Shown: positions 9,542-20,841, counted from the first letter of the stretch. The stretch: 64,000 bases of DNA from Candidatus Zhuqueibacterota bacterium (GCA_049322915.1 JBMOPW010000044.1:127850-191849), one strand, 5' to 3'. The notes: generated by a model not told the origin, from the letters alone. Numbers and translations: made by a program.

Positions 9542-11200
9542 ATGAGCGAAATTGAGCAAAAAAAAATTCTTGTAGTGGACGACAGCCCCACGCAGACAAT
9601 GGTGTTGAAGATTGGACTGGAGCAGGCCGGCTTCTGCGTCGTGACGGCTGGCGACGGCATGGATGGCGTCAGTCGCGTGTACGAGGAAAGCCCGGACATC
9701 GTTGTGTCGGACATTGTGATGCCGGAATTGAATGGCTATCAACTGTGCCGGCTGATCAAAAACGATCCGCAGCTCCACAATATTCCCGTCATTCTGCTCA
9801 CCAATCTGGGTCAGCAGCAGGACCGTTTCTGGGGCAGGGAGGCCGGCGCCGATTTTTACGTGGTCAAGGATCGGGATTTGTCCCCATTGCTGGAGACTAT
9901 TCAGAAATCGGTGGCATTGACGCGGGAAAAATCCGTCGACGAGATGAGCCGGGGCAGTCACCATGCAGTCACCAGTGAGGGAGTAAAAAATAAACTAAAC
10001 CTGCTGCTGGATGATCTGCTTTTCGAATCCACCATTGCCAGCCGAATCCGCGAAATCGCGCGTTTCGCCTATGACACCGAAGCGCTGATGGAAAACCTGT
10101 TCTCGCTGCTTTCGGATCTTCTGGACGCTTCGATTTCCTGTCTGGCGGTTGAAGAGGGCGACTTCATTGCCGTGCATATCAACCTCACGAAGCACTATGA
10201 CGACCGAATCATCGACCAGGTGAAACGCGACGTGGTGGGGGCTTTCCGCAATGCCGATCGGAAATTGAAGGTGAAAATTTATGGCGACAGCGAGCCTTGC
10301 TCCCGGAGCCAGATGCCTGTCTTGCAGTCGAAACTGGTCTTTCCATTTCCGGTGAATGAAGACATCCATGCGGCAATGGCGCTTTTCGACGAGAGAGATG
10401 GGCTGTACAAAGGCAAAACGCTGGGACTGGTGAAGAAAATTTGCACGGAACTGCACATGCTGATTTCATACGTGGCCAAGCTGAACGAGATCGAAAAGAT
10501 CAAAGCGGACTTCACCTCGATGATTGTGCACGATCTGCGTTCGCCAATGGCCGGCGTGTTTGGATTGCTGCAGCTCATGCGCCAGGATCGGATTGGGCCG
10601 GTCAATGAAAAACAGCGTCAGACCCTCTCTCAGATTCTCGGGACCATCAATAAATTGCTGAACCTTGTCAACGATATGCTCGATGTATCCAAGCTGGAAT
10701 CGGGTCGGCTGGATGTTGTCCCTAAAAAAATCGATTTCAATGAAGTGATCGCCGAAGCGCTGGGCAACGTTGAAATTTTGGCCGAAGAAAAGCAGATCGA
10801 AATCCGGCTGGAAAATTTTTCACATCCTATGTTTGTTCTGGGCGATGCGCTGCGGTTGGAGCAGGTGATGATTAATCTTCTCTCCAATGCCATCAAGTTT
10901 TCGCCGGAGAACAGCCAGATTGTCATTCAAGGCCAGGCGCTTGAAGATCCGGATCAAGCGAATGGCTGGCTGAAGGTGAGCGTTCAGGATTCTGGCATCG
11001 GGATCGAGGAGGGGAGCCGCGAGATAATATTTGAAAAATACCGCCAGACCATGAAAGGCAACTCGAAGGCGGCCAAAGGCACCGGGCTGGGGTTGGCTAT
11101 TTGCCGGATGATTGTTCAGGCGCATGATGGTAAAATTTGGGTGACCAGTCAGGAAGGACAGGGCAGTACATTTTCGTTTACTGTGCCCCTCATTCAATGA
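9542..11200 (+). CDS. Hybrid histidine kinase (REC, GAF-like, HisKA, HATPase)
   Basis: VVDDS/SDIVMP receiver; [26 protein letters not shown]. Confidence 0.92.
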   Translation: MSEIEQKKILVVDDSPTQTMVLKIGLEQAGFCVVTAGDGMDGVSRVYEESPDIVVSDIVMPELNGYQLCRLIKNDPQLHNIPVILLTNLGQQQDRFWGREAGADFYVVKDRDLSPLLETIQKSVALTREKSVDEMSRGSHHAVTSEGVKNKLNLLLDDLLFESTIASRIREIARFAYDTEALMENLFSLLSDLLDASISCLAVEEGDFIAVHINLTKHYDDRIIDQVKRDVVGAFRNADRKLKVKIYGDSEPCSRSQMPVLQSKLVFPFPVNEDIHAAMALFDERDGLYKGKTLGLVKKICTELHMLISYVAKLNEIEKIKADFTSMIVHDLRSPMAGVFGLLQLMRQDRIGPVNEKQRQTLSQILGTINKLLNLVNDMLDVSKLESGRLDVVPKKIDFNEVIAEALGNVEILAEEKQIEIRLENFSHPMFVLGDALRLEQVMINLLSNAIKFSPENSQIVIQGQALEDPDQANGWLKVSVQDSGIGIEEGSREIIFEKYRQTMKGNSKAAKGTGLGLAICRMIVQAHDGKIWVTSQEGQGSTFSFTVPLIQ

Positions 11201-11219
11201 GCAACTGTTCGAGGTAAAA

Positions 11220-12833
11220 ATGAACGAGTATTTGATGCTTTTCTTTGTATTACTAATCAGCTACGGTCTTTTGACTGTTGCGGTCAATCGAATTTACAAA
11301 TGGCGATTGATTACCAAATTCACGGTGGCGACCCTGCCGGCGGTTGGCATCACCGTGATGCTGTCCTATATGTTCGGCAGAAGCCAGCTCAACTGGTGGA
11401 ACGGCCCGACCCTGCCGCTGCTGGGCGTATCGTGCTGGATGCTGGCCATCTGGATCATGGTGCGGAATATTTCTATCCCGCTTCAAAAGATCAAAGATGC
11501 TGCGCAGCGGGCGGCCGATGGCGATTTGAATGTGCAACTTCACATTCAGGGCAATGATGAAAGCAGCGAACTGGCCGATGCGTTCAATCGCATGGCAGAA
11601 AATATTCGCGGCATGATGGAAGTTGAACGCCGCATGCGGAACGAATTGGAAGAGACGGTCAAGCGCTACGTCGATTTTGTCGCTGAAGTCGGGAAAGGAA
11701 AACTCGACATCAAGCTGGATGTTACGGCGAGCAATAATATGGGCATTCTGGGCGAACACCTCAATCAGATGGTGCTGAAACTTCGCGACTATACCGCGGA
11801 GATCGAGCAGAGCGGAAGCGTGGAGCGCAAGAACAAAGAAAAGCTGCAATTTACGATTGAGGAGTATCTGAGATTTATTGAACGAGTTTCCAAAGGCGAT
11901 CTGCGCGGGCGCATTGAACTGACCGGCATCAATGGTCTGTCGGAAATGGGAAGTTATTTGAACAATATGGTCTCCAATCTGAAAGAATTGGCCCTGCAAA
12001 ATCAACTGGCAGCGGATGAATTGGCCAGAGCGACGAGCGAGATTACCTCGGCGGCGTCGGAGCAGGTGAGCAGCGCCAACGAACAGATGGCGTCGGTGAA
12101 CGAGACGTCCACCTCGGTGGATCAATTGAAGCAATCGGTGCAGCAGTCGGCTGACCGCGCCATGATGGTTTCGGATCTGGCGAAGAAATCGACCGAGATT
12201 TCTGAAAATGGCCGATCAGCCGTGGAAAAGACCGTCGACAGCATGGAGAAAATTAAGGAGCAGATGGAGATCATCAATGAAACCATTCTGAATTTGAGTG
12301 AGCAGAGCCAGCAGATTGGCGACATCATCACTTCGGTCAACGAGATTGCTGAGCAATCCAATCTATTGGCGCTGAATGCCGCCATTGAAGCAGCGCGCGC
12401 CGGGGAGCATGGCAAGGGATTTTCTGTGGTTGCCGCGGAAGTGAAAAATCTCGCTGACCAATCCAAAGAAGCCACCATTCAGATCCGCTCGATTTTGAGT
12501 GATATTCAGAAGAACAGCGAACGGGCGGTTTTGGTCACGGACAAAGGCAGCCATCTTGCGCAGGAAGGGGTGGAAATGGTGCATCAGGCTGGCGCAACGA
12601 TTCAACATCTGGCAGAGACCATTTCGCAATCGGCGCAGGTGACGTTGCAGATCGTCTCTTCCTCCGGCCAGCAAGCCCGCGGCATCGACCAGATTTCCAT
12701 CGCCATGGAACAGATCAATCAGGCGACCAATCAAAACGTGGTCAGCGTCAGCCAGATGGAAAAAGCAGCGGAAAACCTGAATCAGTTGGGGATGCGATTG
12801 CACGATCTGGTGAAAATGTATCAGATCGGGTAG
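11220..12833 (+). CDS. Methyl-accepting chemotaxis protein with several HAMP domains
   Basis: [25 protein letters not shown] hairpin; N-terminal hydrophobic helices. Confidence 0.95.
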   Translation: MNEYLMLFFVLLISYGLLTVAVNRIYKWRLITKFTVATLPAVGITVMLSYMFGRSQLNWWNGPTLPLLGVSCWMLAIWIMVRNISIPLQKIKDAAQRAADGDLNVQLHIQGNDESSELADAFNRMAENIRGMMEVERRMRNELEETVKRYVDFVAEVGKGKLDIKLDVTASNNMGILGEHLNQMVLKLRDYTAEIEQSGSVERKNKEKLQFTIEEYLRFIERVSKGDLRGRIELTGINGLSEMGSYLNNMVSNLKELALQNQLAADELARATSEITSAASEQVSSANEQMASVNETSTSVDQLKQSVQQSADRAMMVSDLAKKSTEISENGRSAVEKTVDSMEKIKEQMEIINETILNLSEQSQQIGDIITSVNEIAEQSNLLALNAAIEAARAGEHGKGFSVVAAEVKNLADQSKEATIQIRSILSDIQKNSERAVLVTDKGSHLAQEGVEMVHQAGATIQHLAETISQSAQVTLQIVSSSGQQARGIDQISIAMEQINQATNQNVVSVSQMEKAAENLNQLGMRLHDLVKMYQIG

Positions 12834-12946
12834 CCCGTGGGGAAGCGCCGCAGGAGGCGATTGTTGCCGCAGACCATTCAGACGGAGGCTTCATTTCATT
12901 CGATATTCTTGCAACGCACACACAACATTTTCAAAATTGACAGCGT

Positions 12947-15283
12947 ATGGATCCGATTCAATTACAACAGGTATTGACCATTTTCAAAGCCGAAGCGGAC
13001 GAGCATCTTCAGAAATTGAATGAAGGATTGCTCCTGTTAGAGCGTGAATCCGATGAGAGCCAACGTCAGGCATTGTTTCAGGAACTCTTCCGCGAAGCCC
13101 ACAATTTGAAGGGCGCAGCGCGGGCGGTCGATTTCAGGCAGGTCGAAGAAATCGCTCATAAAGTGGAATCACTCCTCTCGGCGCTGAAGCAAAAACAGGT
13201 GGCCATTACCAGACCGCTCATCGAGCTTATGTACAGTTCGCTGGATGTCATCGGAAAACTGGTGGAATTGAACTTCAAGGAAAATTCCACGCACAGGGAA
13301 ATATTCGGAGTCAATCAACTGCTGCAAGCCCTGGAAAACGGCGCATTGGGTCGTGCCTTTGAACTGGATCCGGATAAAATGGAAGTGGCGGCGAAGCCAA
13401 CTCCCAAAGAGAATCAGGAAGCAGCGCCGCGAAAAAAGAGCACAGCGAATGGGACCAAAGGACCCCGAAAGCAAAATTCCGATTCGGCTGCCGGCAGCAC
13501 GAAGAGTAATCCTGAAGGGCAATTGCTGGCCGGGCAGGAGATCGAAGAGACGATTCGGGTGAGCACCCCGAAGCTGAATAAATTGATGGCGCGGGCCAAC
13601 GAATTGATGGAGAAGAAAATCGAAGCTGAGCAGCGCGTCATTGAACTGAAGCAGATTCGGGATGAGATCAGGCGATTGTACCGGGACGGCGCCAAATCAA
13701 AATCAGCCAGATACGATGACGGTGCCACTTTGGATAGCTATTATTTCCCGGCGACTGGCGGCGATTCGTGGCTCAAGGGGCGGTTGCAGATAATTGCCAG
13801 CCAAATGGATGATTACTACAGAAAGCTGTCCAAAGATATCAAAGAGCTTTCGGCGTCCACGCGCAATTTGCAGGAAGAGATAAAACAGGTTCGCATGCTG
13901 CCCATGGCCACGATCCTCTCTCCGTTCAAGCGTATGATCCGCGACATGGCTGCGGAGACAAACAAGCTGGTGAATGTCACTTTTACCGGCGCCGAGACTG
14001 AGGTTGACAAAAAAATTCTGGAAGACCTGAAAGATCCATTGACCCACCTGTTTCGCAATGCGCTGGCCCACGGCATCGAAACGCCGGAACAGCGGAGACA
14101 ATTGAACAAGTCGGAATCCGGCGTCATCTCGTTTCATGTGCATCAAAAGGGGAATCAACTTGTCCTGGAGTTATCGGATGATGGCGCAGGGATTGATCTG
14201 GAAAAAATCAGGACAGAGGCAGTCAGTCGCAAGGTGGTGTCCCCGGATGAATTGCAGGAAATGAAAAACCATGAGCTGATTGACCTCATCTTCCGGCCGG
14301 GATTTTCGACGAATTCGATTATCACTGATTTATCCGGCCGCGGTGTGGGGCTCGATGTTGTGCGACAAACCGCTGAAAAACTTCATGGCGTGGTGCATGT
14401 AAAATCCGAAAAAAACAAGGGCACATCGTTCATCTTAAAGCTGCCCATTTCGCTGGTGACGCTGCAATGCATCCTTCTGGTCGTTGCAGGGAGGATGTTT
14501 GCTATCCCAACGCTGGCAGTGGATCGAATCATCCGGGTGAGTTACGAGGAAATCAAGTTTGCGTCGGGCCGGGAGATGATCGAATTGGAAGGTCGACCTG
14601 TCGCCGTTGTCTCGCTGGCCAAAATTTTGGAATTGCCGGAAATGCACCCCGGTCGATTCGATGATAATAAAATTTCGCTGATTGTCGTTTCAGTCAATGA
14701 AACGCTCATCGCGTTCATTGTGGACCGATTCATTGGCAATCAGGAAATTGTCATTAAACCGCTCGGCAAGCAGCTCGTGCGGGTTCGCAATATTGCCGGA
14801 GCGACAATTCTGGGCGATGGCCAGGTGGTGCTGATGCTCAATGTGTCGGATTTGTCCCGTTCAGCGACAAAGATGCGCCTGACGAGCGGTCGGCCCAAAC
14901 ATGAAATTGAGACAGCGCAAAAAAAGCACGTCTTGGTGATCGATGATTCCATCACCACGCGCACCCTGGAGAAAAATATACTCGAGGTCGCCGGGTACGA
15001 TGTGACAACAGCCGTCGATGGGGAGGATGGGCTGCGGATGGTCAATGCCATGGATTTTGATGCGATCGTCACAGACATACAGATGCCCAATATGGATGGA
15101 TTTGAATTCACTCGTCAGATAAAAGATAACGTCCGATTCAAGCAAATCCCTGTCATTCTGGTGACATCGTTGGATTCAAAACAGGATAAAGAACGCGGCA
15201 TCGAAGTCGGAGCGGATGCGTACATTGTGAAGAAGAGTTTCGATCAACGAAGCCTGCTGGAGACCCTGGAACAATTAGCATGA
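12947..15283 (+). CDS. cheA: CheA with fused C-terminal receiver (WspE-like)
   Basis: Hpt REAHNLKG; RNALAHGIE; SGRGVGLDVV; CheW domain; REC. Confidence 0.95.
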   Translation: MDPIQLQQVLTIFKAEADEHLQKLNEGLLLLERESDESQRQALFQELFREAHNLKGAARAVDFRQVEEIAHKVESLLSALKQKQVAITRPLIELMYSSLDVIGKLVELNFKENSTHREIFGVNQLLQALENGALGRAFELDPDKMEVAAKPTPKENQEAAPRKKSTANGTKGPRKQNSDSAAGSTKSNPEGQLLAGQEIEETIRVSTPKLNKLMARANELMEKKIEAEQRVIELKQIRDEIRRLYRDGAKSKSARYDDGATLDSYYFPATGGDSWLKGRLQIIASQMDDYYRKLSKDIKELSASTRNLQEEIKQVRMLPMATILSPFKRMIRDMAAETNKLVNVTFTGAETEVDKKILEDLKDPLTHLFRNALAHGIETPEQRRQLNKSESGVISFHVHQKGNQLVLELSDDGAGIDLEKIRTEAVSRKVVSPDELQEMKNHELIDLIFRPGFSTNSIITDLSGRGVGLDVVRQTAEKLHGVVHVKSEKNKGTSFILKLPISLVTLQCILLVVAGRMFAIPTLAVDRIIRVSYEEIKFASGREMIELEGRPVAVVSLAKILELPEMHPGRFDDNKISLIVVSVNETLIAFIVDRFIGNQEIVIKPLGKQLVRVRNIAGATILGDGQVVLMLNVSDLSRSATKMRLTSGRPKHEIETAQKKHVLVIDDSITTRTLEKNILEVAGYDVTTAVDGEDGLRMVNAMDFDAIVTDIQMPNMDGFEFTRQIKDNVRFKQIPVILVTSLDSKQDKERGIEVGADAYIVKKSFDQRSLLETLEQLA

Positions 15284-15300
15284 GGTAGCGTAACAAGACA

Positions 15301-16329
15301 ATGATTAAAGTGCTTATCGTGGATACCTCACCTGTTTCGAGATTTGTCGTTCGAAAAGTTTTGGAACGGGATGAGAATCTGAAAATCGTCGGGGAGGCTC
15401 GAAATGGCAAGGAAGCGTTAGAATTGATTTCTCATTTCAAACCTGATATTGTGACGATGGATATTAGCAACCCGGACACGGAAGGTCTGGAGACGACGAA
15501 GCGAATTATGCAGGATGCTCCAATTCCTATCATTGCTGTAACCGAGCCGCACGATACAAGTGTGAAGCATGCCATTCAAGTGATCCAGGCCGGCGCACTC
15601 ACTGTGGTTGAAAAGCCGGATCAATTTTTGTTGAATGATGCGAACGCGGCTGGCAAAAATCTGATCAATTCCATTAAAACGCTATCCGAAGTAAAAGTCG
15701 TACGCCGCTGGAATGATACTCGATTGCACCCGAATGGCAAACCGATACGGCATGGCGCTTTAAAATCCTCCATCGAAATAATTGGCATTGCTACTTCGAC
15801 CGGCGGTCCCAATGCTCTTGCCAAGCTCCTCAATCAACTTCCAGACGATTTTCAAATACCCATTGTCATTGTTCAGCATATCATGAAAGGCTTTGCTGCA
15901 AATTTTGTCACCTGGCTGGCAAGTGTCACCGGGCATCATGCGAAGCTGGCTGCGCAGCACGAACTCATTCAGAAAAACCATGTCTACATTGCGCCGGATG
16001 ATTACCATTTAACGGTGAATCGGTTCAATCGGCTGGTGTTGAGCAGCGATGGGCCGGTGAAAGGGCACCGTCCATCGGCCGATTATTTGCTGTTTTCCAT
16101 TGCCAAAAATTATGGCGAACGCGGAATGGGTATCATTTTAACCGGCATGGGAGACGATGGGGCCGAAGGTATGAAGGCCATCAAAGATGCGGGAGGATTG
16201 ACCATCGCTCAGAACAAGGACAGTTCTGTCATTTTTGGCATGCCCAGCGAAGCGATCAATCTGAACGCTGTCGATAAAGTTGTGTCCATCGATAAGATCG
16301 GCGAAACTATTTTCAATCTCACCAAATAG
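15301..16329 (+). CDS. cheB: CheB methylesterase
   Basis: REC domain plus STGGP, QHI and TGMGDDGAEG. Confidence 0.95.
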   Translation: MIKVLIVDTSPVSRFVVRKVLERDENLKIVGEARNGKEALELISHFKPDIVTMDISNPDTEGLETTKRIMQDAPIPIIAVTEPHDTSVKHAIQVIQAGALTVVEKPDQFLLNDANAAGKNLINSIKTLSEVKVVRRWNDTRLHPNGKPIRHGALKSSIEIIGIATSTGGPNALAKLLNQLPDDFQIPIVIVQHIMKGFAANFVTWLASVTGHHAKLAAQHELIQKNHVYIAPDDYHLTVNRFNRLVLSSDGPVKGHRPSADYLLFSIAKNYGERGMGIILTGMGDDGAEGMKAIKDAGGLTIAQNKDSSVIFGMPSEAINLNAVDKVVSIDKIGETIFNLTK

Positions 16330-16338
16330 GAGTCTGCG

Positions 16339-16803
16339 ATGAAGAATGTTCTTGTCGTTGAAGATGAAGAAGATGTGTTGAATATATTTTCAGAGCAGTT
16401 GAAACTGTGGGGATATAATCCGGTCATTGCCAGCAGCGGCGCCGAAGGGCTGAAAAAATTCAATGAAATGCCTATCGATTTAGTCATTTCCGATATAAAA
16501 ATGCCGGGCATGGATGGCATTACCCTGCTCCAGAAAATCCTCAAAAAAGATAAAGATGCAATTATCATTTTGGTCACCGGTTACCCTTCAATCGATACGG
16601 CAGTGCAGTCCATGAAGGACGGCGCATTCGATTACCTGACCAAACCGCTTCATATTGGCGAATTGAAAATCAGGATCGAGCGCGCTCTGGAAAAGAAGCG
16701 GCTGCAAAAATCGCTGGCGCTGTGGAAGGGAGTCAATTGGTCGCTGATCATTTCAGTCCCTCTCTGGCTGATTCTGGGCATCATTTTAGCTCGATTGCTG
16801 TAG
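16339..16803 (+). CDS. Receiver-domain protein with a C-terminal membrane anchor
   Basis: NtrC-type REC (ISDIKMP, YLTKP), then the hydrophobic tail WSLIISVPLWLILGIILARLL. Confidence 0.85.
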   Translation: MKNVLVVEDEEDVLNIFSEQLKLWGYNPVIASSGAEGLKKFNEMPIDLVISDIKMPGMDGITLLQKILKKDKDAIIILVTGYPSIDTAVQSMKDGAFDYLTKPLHIGELKIRIERALEKKRLQKSLALWKGVNWSLIISVPLWLILGIILARLL

Positions 16804-17260
16804 CCGTGCGTACGCCGCAATCCGCTCGATCTGAGTGAGTACTGATGATCGTTTTTCAGGCTGAGATTAGCTCTTCCTTTTCAATGAGCCGTCGGGTGGC
16901 TGTGGAGTGTGACTTTCCACTCACTTCACACAATTCAGCAGACGCCTTATTTTCACCCGGCAATTCTGACCTGCTCACCGAATATCCCGCTCGTTCAAGC
17001 ATCAATCCAGACCGTTTTCGACCGGGCTCCGACGTTTCAGACCAGATAAAGCGCCCGGGAAATAGAACCTTCCCCACATCAAAATGAATGTTACTATCCC
17101 CAACCCCATGCGAAAAAATTGCCTATCATTGGGATGTTTTTTCCGCTTATCAAATTGAAAAATTCGTATCCCGATCATTGCTTCAAATATCCATAGTTCT
17201 AATATGATGATTACTTGCATCTAACGGTGTTACGGAAACTTCATCATTCGATGGGTTGGA

Positions 17261-17275
17261 TGGTATATCGTTTGC
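17261..17275 (+). promoter_or_regulatory. Candidate sigma54 promoter
   Basis: TGGTAT-ATCGT-TTGC about 100 bp upstream of the GAF gene. Confidence 0.5.
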
Positions 17276-17378
17276 CAGTTATTCATGTGCATGGTGTGTG
17301 GTCCGTAATGGATTCTGGAGGAATGCCATTTGCGGGGACGATTTGATTTTTGGGCAACTCATAAATGGAGGATGGCGC

Positions 17379-17909
17379 GTGTTTGGAATACGATCGGAAC
17401 AAGCAAAATTGGCGGGGGATGTGCTCAACAAAATGAATCAGGGCAATTACTATGATGTCTGTCATCAGGCCAATGATTCCATGTTTCAATCCATACTGGC
17501 CCGGTTGAAAGGCACAGTCGATTATCAATCGGCAAGTTTGTATTTGATGAACCGGGAGAAACAGCAAATGATCTCCGTCGCGGAACAGGGCGATGGCATT
17601 AACCTGATCAATGCCATCAATTTTCCCATGGGATTTGGTTTGTCCGCCTGGATCGCCGAGAAGAAGCGAGTGATTCATCTGCCGGATATTCACAAGGGAA
17701 CGCGGCACGGACACAATCCGATCCGCTCCTTTGTCGCGGTGCCAATTATTTACAATGATGAGGTCATTGGTGTGCTGAATCTGGCGCATATAAAACCCAA
17801 TGCTTTCGGCCCGGCTGAGGTGAAAAAATTACAATATCTGGCCCAGGCAATTGCCATGCGGATGAATGATTTTACAATAGCCTTTTACACGAGGGAAGAA
17901 AAAGCATGA
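17379..17909 (+). CDS. Stand-alone GAF domain protein
   Basis: GLSAWIA...SFVAVPI...VIGVLNL; GGAGG RBS before the GTG at 17379. Confidence 0.8.
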   Translation: MFGIRSEQAKLAGDVLNKMNQGNYYDVCHQANDSMFQSILARLKGTVDYQSASLYLMNREKQQMISVAEQGDGINLINAINFPMGFGLSAWIAEKKRVIHLPDIHKGTRHGHNPIRSFVAVPIIYNDEVIGVLNLAHIKPNAFGPAEVKKLQYLAQAIAMRMNDFTIAFYTREEKA

Positions 17910-18967
17910 TTACTGTATTGCTCATTGACGATGACCGATACATGCATCAATATACGCGGACGGTTTTGGAGTCTTACCAGCATCAACTCATCTCGGCCTA
18001 CAATGGCCAGCAGGGTCTGGAAATGCTGGCATCATTCCGCCCTGATGTGGTCCTGCTGGATTATATGATGCCGGAGCTCGATGGCTACAAGGTATTCGAA
18101 ATCATTTTGAAGGATGAAACATATAAGCAATACCAGGATATTCCCATCATTATGCTGACGGCGGTGGACGAGCGCGCAGAAGTGAAAGACCAATTGCTGC
18201 AAATGGGGCTGGCCGCTTACCTGAACAAACCCTTCGGACACAAGGAATTATTCAATGTCATTGAAAATATTTTGTCCACCAATAAAAAATATTTGCAAAG
18301 TAAAAAGCTGCATCAGGCCATCAAGGATGCGAAGGATTTTTTGGAAAACATGATAGAAAGCTCACCGGATGCTTTCATCACCACGGACATGGAAGGCTAT
18401 ATCACTTCATTCAGTCGAAGCGCTGAGCTATTGTTTGGTTATTCGGCCGGGCATATCACCGGCGAAAAGCTGAGCGACTACTTCATTGAATCGAGTGAGT
18501 TAGCCCATATCATCAAAAATTTGAAATCCAGACAAATAATGAGAGACTATGAGACACAACTGCTGACAGTTCATAACCGATTCCGGCCAGTCAGCTTTTC
18601 ATTTTCTCTCATTAAAAATAAAGAGAATCAGCATATCGGAATATTAGGAATTGCCAAGGACCTCACGCATTTGAAAGAGCTGGAAAACAAATTGATCGAA
18701 AAGGAGCGTCTGGCCGCACTGACGGAAACAGCCGTGGCCATCAATCATGAAATCAATAATCCATTGACGCCCATTCTTGGAAATATTCAGTTGCTTCTCT
18801 TTCGCAGAAATGAAATTGATAACTGGATTGTTGAGAAGTTGGAAGTGATTGAAAAAAACGCCTGGCGCATTCACAGCACAATTCAGAAGCTGAACAACAT
18901 CACCAGGCCAGTCAAAAAGCAATATTGTGGGGAAACCCAGATGCTGGATATTGAACAGTCAAAGTAA
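17906..18967 (+). CDS. REC-PAS-HisKA protein with no ATPase domain
   Basis: LLDYMMP receiver, PAS (SSPDAFITTD), HEINNPL; ends about 70 aa after the H-box. Confidence 0.85.
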   Translation: MITVLLIDDDRYMHQYTRTVLESYQHQLISAYNGQQGLEMLASFRPDVVLLDYMMPELDGYKVFEIILKDETYKQYQDIPIIMLTAVDERAEVKDQLLQMGLAAYLNKPFGHKELFNVIENILSTNKKYLQSKKLHQAIKDAKDFLENMIESSPDAFITTDMEGYITSFSRSAELLFGYSAGHITGEKLSDYFIESSELAHIIKNLKSRQIMRDYETQLLTVHNRFRPVSFSFSLIKNKENQHIGILGIAKDLTHLKELENKLIEKERLAALTETAVAINHEINNPLTPILGNIQLLLFRRNEIDNWIVEKLEVIEKNAWRIHSTIQKLNNITRPVKKQYCGETQMLDIEQSK

Positions 18968-18975
18968 CGGGCGCC

Positions 18976-19401
18976 ATGTCGAACATCAACACAGATAAAA
19001 TACGATTGCTGCTCATGGCGGCAATATTTTCCGGTCTCTCACTTTTCGCGGCGAACAGTCCGGACCAGGAAAATCGTATTGAAATTAAAACGCACATTTA
19101 TATTCTGGGCCCAACCATCACATTGGGAGAGGTTGCATTTATCAATCTGAAAGATGCCTATAGTGTCAGTCAACTGAAGCAGCTCAATCTGGGTCAGGCA
19201 GCGCCGCCAGGCGAGGCTAAGGAACTCATGCGTTCATTCATTCGCGCTAAGATTCGGGAGACGAAATTCTTCGAATATGCCAGATATGTGAGCGGCCCAC
19301 GCCTTGTCGCTGTGACTACCATCCCTGATAAAATGAGAAACATGTTCATGTTTGAAGGTATGGCGTGCATACACCAGGCGGCTTTGCGTGAGACAGAGTA
19401 A
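18976..19401 (+). CDS. Exported protein resembling the FlgA N-terminal domain
   Basis: Signal peptide; ITLGEVA...LGQAAPPG pattern; too short to include the SAF domain. Confidence 0.45.
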   Translation: MSNINTDKIRLLLMAAIFSGLSLFAANSPDQENRIEIKTHIYILGPTITLGEVAFINLKDAYSVSQLKQLNLGQAAPPGEAKELMRSFIRAKIRETKFFEYARYVSGPRLVAVTTIPDKMRNMFMFEGMACIHQAALRETE

Positions 19402-19419
19402 ACTGTGAGGAGACGAGAG

Positions 19420-19974
19420 ATGGAATACATTGTGTTTAGAACCATGAGAATGATTGAACGGGAAATTTCACTCTACAGAGATCTATACGCGTGCCTGTGT
19501 AACCAGCAGCAATTGATCATTCGCAGGGATATACTGGATTTGCTCATGGTGATGGTCGAACAGAAAGAGCTGACGAGTGAAATCAGGCTCGTCGAGAATG
19601 ATATCATGGAGGAATTGAAAGAAATGGCCATTTTCCTGGCTATTGACTTACCGGCGAATAAGGAATTATCAATCAATGAAGTGGTTACTTCATTGCAGGA
19701 AAATTATAAAGAATTGGCGGAGATGATTAAAACGCGCTGCTGGGTTTTGACGATACTGGTGAAAAAAGCCAATGCGCAAAATGAACAAAACATGGATGCC
19801 TTGCGCGACTGCCTTGCACTGTGGAAAAATGATCCGTCCATCCTGGATTTCTGGCAGGAGATTGGCGATGCGAATGCTTACGAACGCGTTGATGAATTGC
19901 TTGCATTCCATTCCAGCTCGCTGAAAAATGAATTGATTAAAGAGAATGAATGTCCTTTTTATACCACCGCCTAA
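19420..19974 (+). CDS. FlgN-like helical chaperone
   Basis: Helical pattern (LY..L...L..QQQLI...N.QN); GAGGAG RBS. Confidence 0.45.
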   Translation: MEYIVFRTMRMIEREISLYRDLYACLCNQQQLIIRRDILDLLMVMVEQKELTSEIRLVENDIMEELKEMAIFLAIDLPANKELSINEVVTSLQENYKELAEMIKTRCWVLTILVKKANAQNEQNMDALRDCLALWKNDPSILDFWQEIGDANAYERVDELLAFHSSSLKNELIKENECPFYTTA

Positions 19975-20012
19975 GCGAGTGGTCCTGAAAATTATGTGAT
20001 TATCCTTTGGCG

Positions 20013-20043
20013 ACAGCCTCAAGAAATTTGAGGCTGTTGTTTT
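20013..20043 (+). terminator. Intrinsic terminator
   Basis: ACAGCCTCAA-GAAAT-TTGAGGCTGT plus a T-rich tail. Confidence 0.65.
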
Positions 20044-20193
20044 ATACATTCATTCGCCGGGAGTTTAGTCACGGGTAGATACCCGAGTGGGTGGACATCG
20101 CAAGGTGAATGCAGCACCCTGAAGATTGCGGAAGACTGCTGCATTGTCCACTGAGTCGCTGCAAGCGTCTGCCGGTTCTTTGGATATTCCGGT

Positions 20194-20220
20194 TAAAGTT
20201 CCGGACAAGAGTGACGATAT
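20194..20220 (+). promoter_or_regulatory. sigma28 (FliA)-type promoter
   Basis: TAAA-N15-GACGATAT upstream of the flgN-like and flgM-like genes. Confidence 0.6.
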
Positions 20221-20359
20221 AATAATAGTAAGGTTGAATGCTGTATAAGATAAGTTAAATGCCGCGTGGATTCAGGTGCGTGGTCAGAATCCCTTGCGTT
20301 TTAGTTTCTCGAACTGAACCGGACTTTTCATACAGGGAATGACAACTCAGGCAGAATAA

Positions 20360-20743
20360 ATGATGGAAAATCAATCCAATATTCGAGAGATAGAAGTAAA
20401 ATTTCCAAATGCTCTACGCAAGCAAATCAAGATGCTGGACAGATTGGGCTCTATGCTGCACAAGCAGAAAGAGATGATCGAAAAAGGTGAATACGAGGAA
20501 TTGTTTGCAACGAGATGTGAGAAAGACCAGATCGTTAGAGAAATTAGAATTCAGGGAGAAGGTATTTTCCAATTGCAGCAGGAATGGCGCGTTCAGAAAA
20601 ATGAAATTCCAAAACACGTTCATGAAAATTTGAATTCTCTGGTGACAGAACTGAGTCAGATGATTCAAACCATTTTGACACGTGAGAATCAAAATTACTC
20701 ACTGCTTGAACGTACGAATAACTATCTGGAATTCATGGAATAG
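20360..20743 (+). CDS. FlgN/FliT-like helical protein
   Basis: Coiled-coil pattern, ...E.QN..LL near the C-terminus; next to the flgM-like gene. Confidence 0.45.
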   Translation: MMENQSNIREIEVKFPNALRKQIKMLDRLGSMLHKQKEMIEKGEYEELFATRCEKDQIVREIRIQGEGIFQLQQEWRVQKNEIPKHVHENLNSLVTELSQMIQTILTRENQNYSLLERTNNYLEFME

Positions 20744-20841
20744 TATGGACGAAGAGTTGAAGATGCTGCCAATTTTGTGGGAAGAGTTGAATTTCTCAAG
20801 CGCTCACTGTCACTATCAACGGACCACCCTTTCAACCATGA

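Noticed and set aside
16845..17255. Small ORFs between the chemosensory operon and the GAF gene
   Set aside because: No RBS or recognisable motif; more likely the upstream regulatory region of the sigma54-type promoter
20072..20085. Second LexA box (CGGGTA-GA-TACCCG)
   Set aside because: Half-sites resemble the lexA palindrome, but the spacer is 2 bp rather than 6 and no repair gene is adjacent
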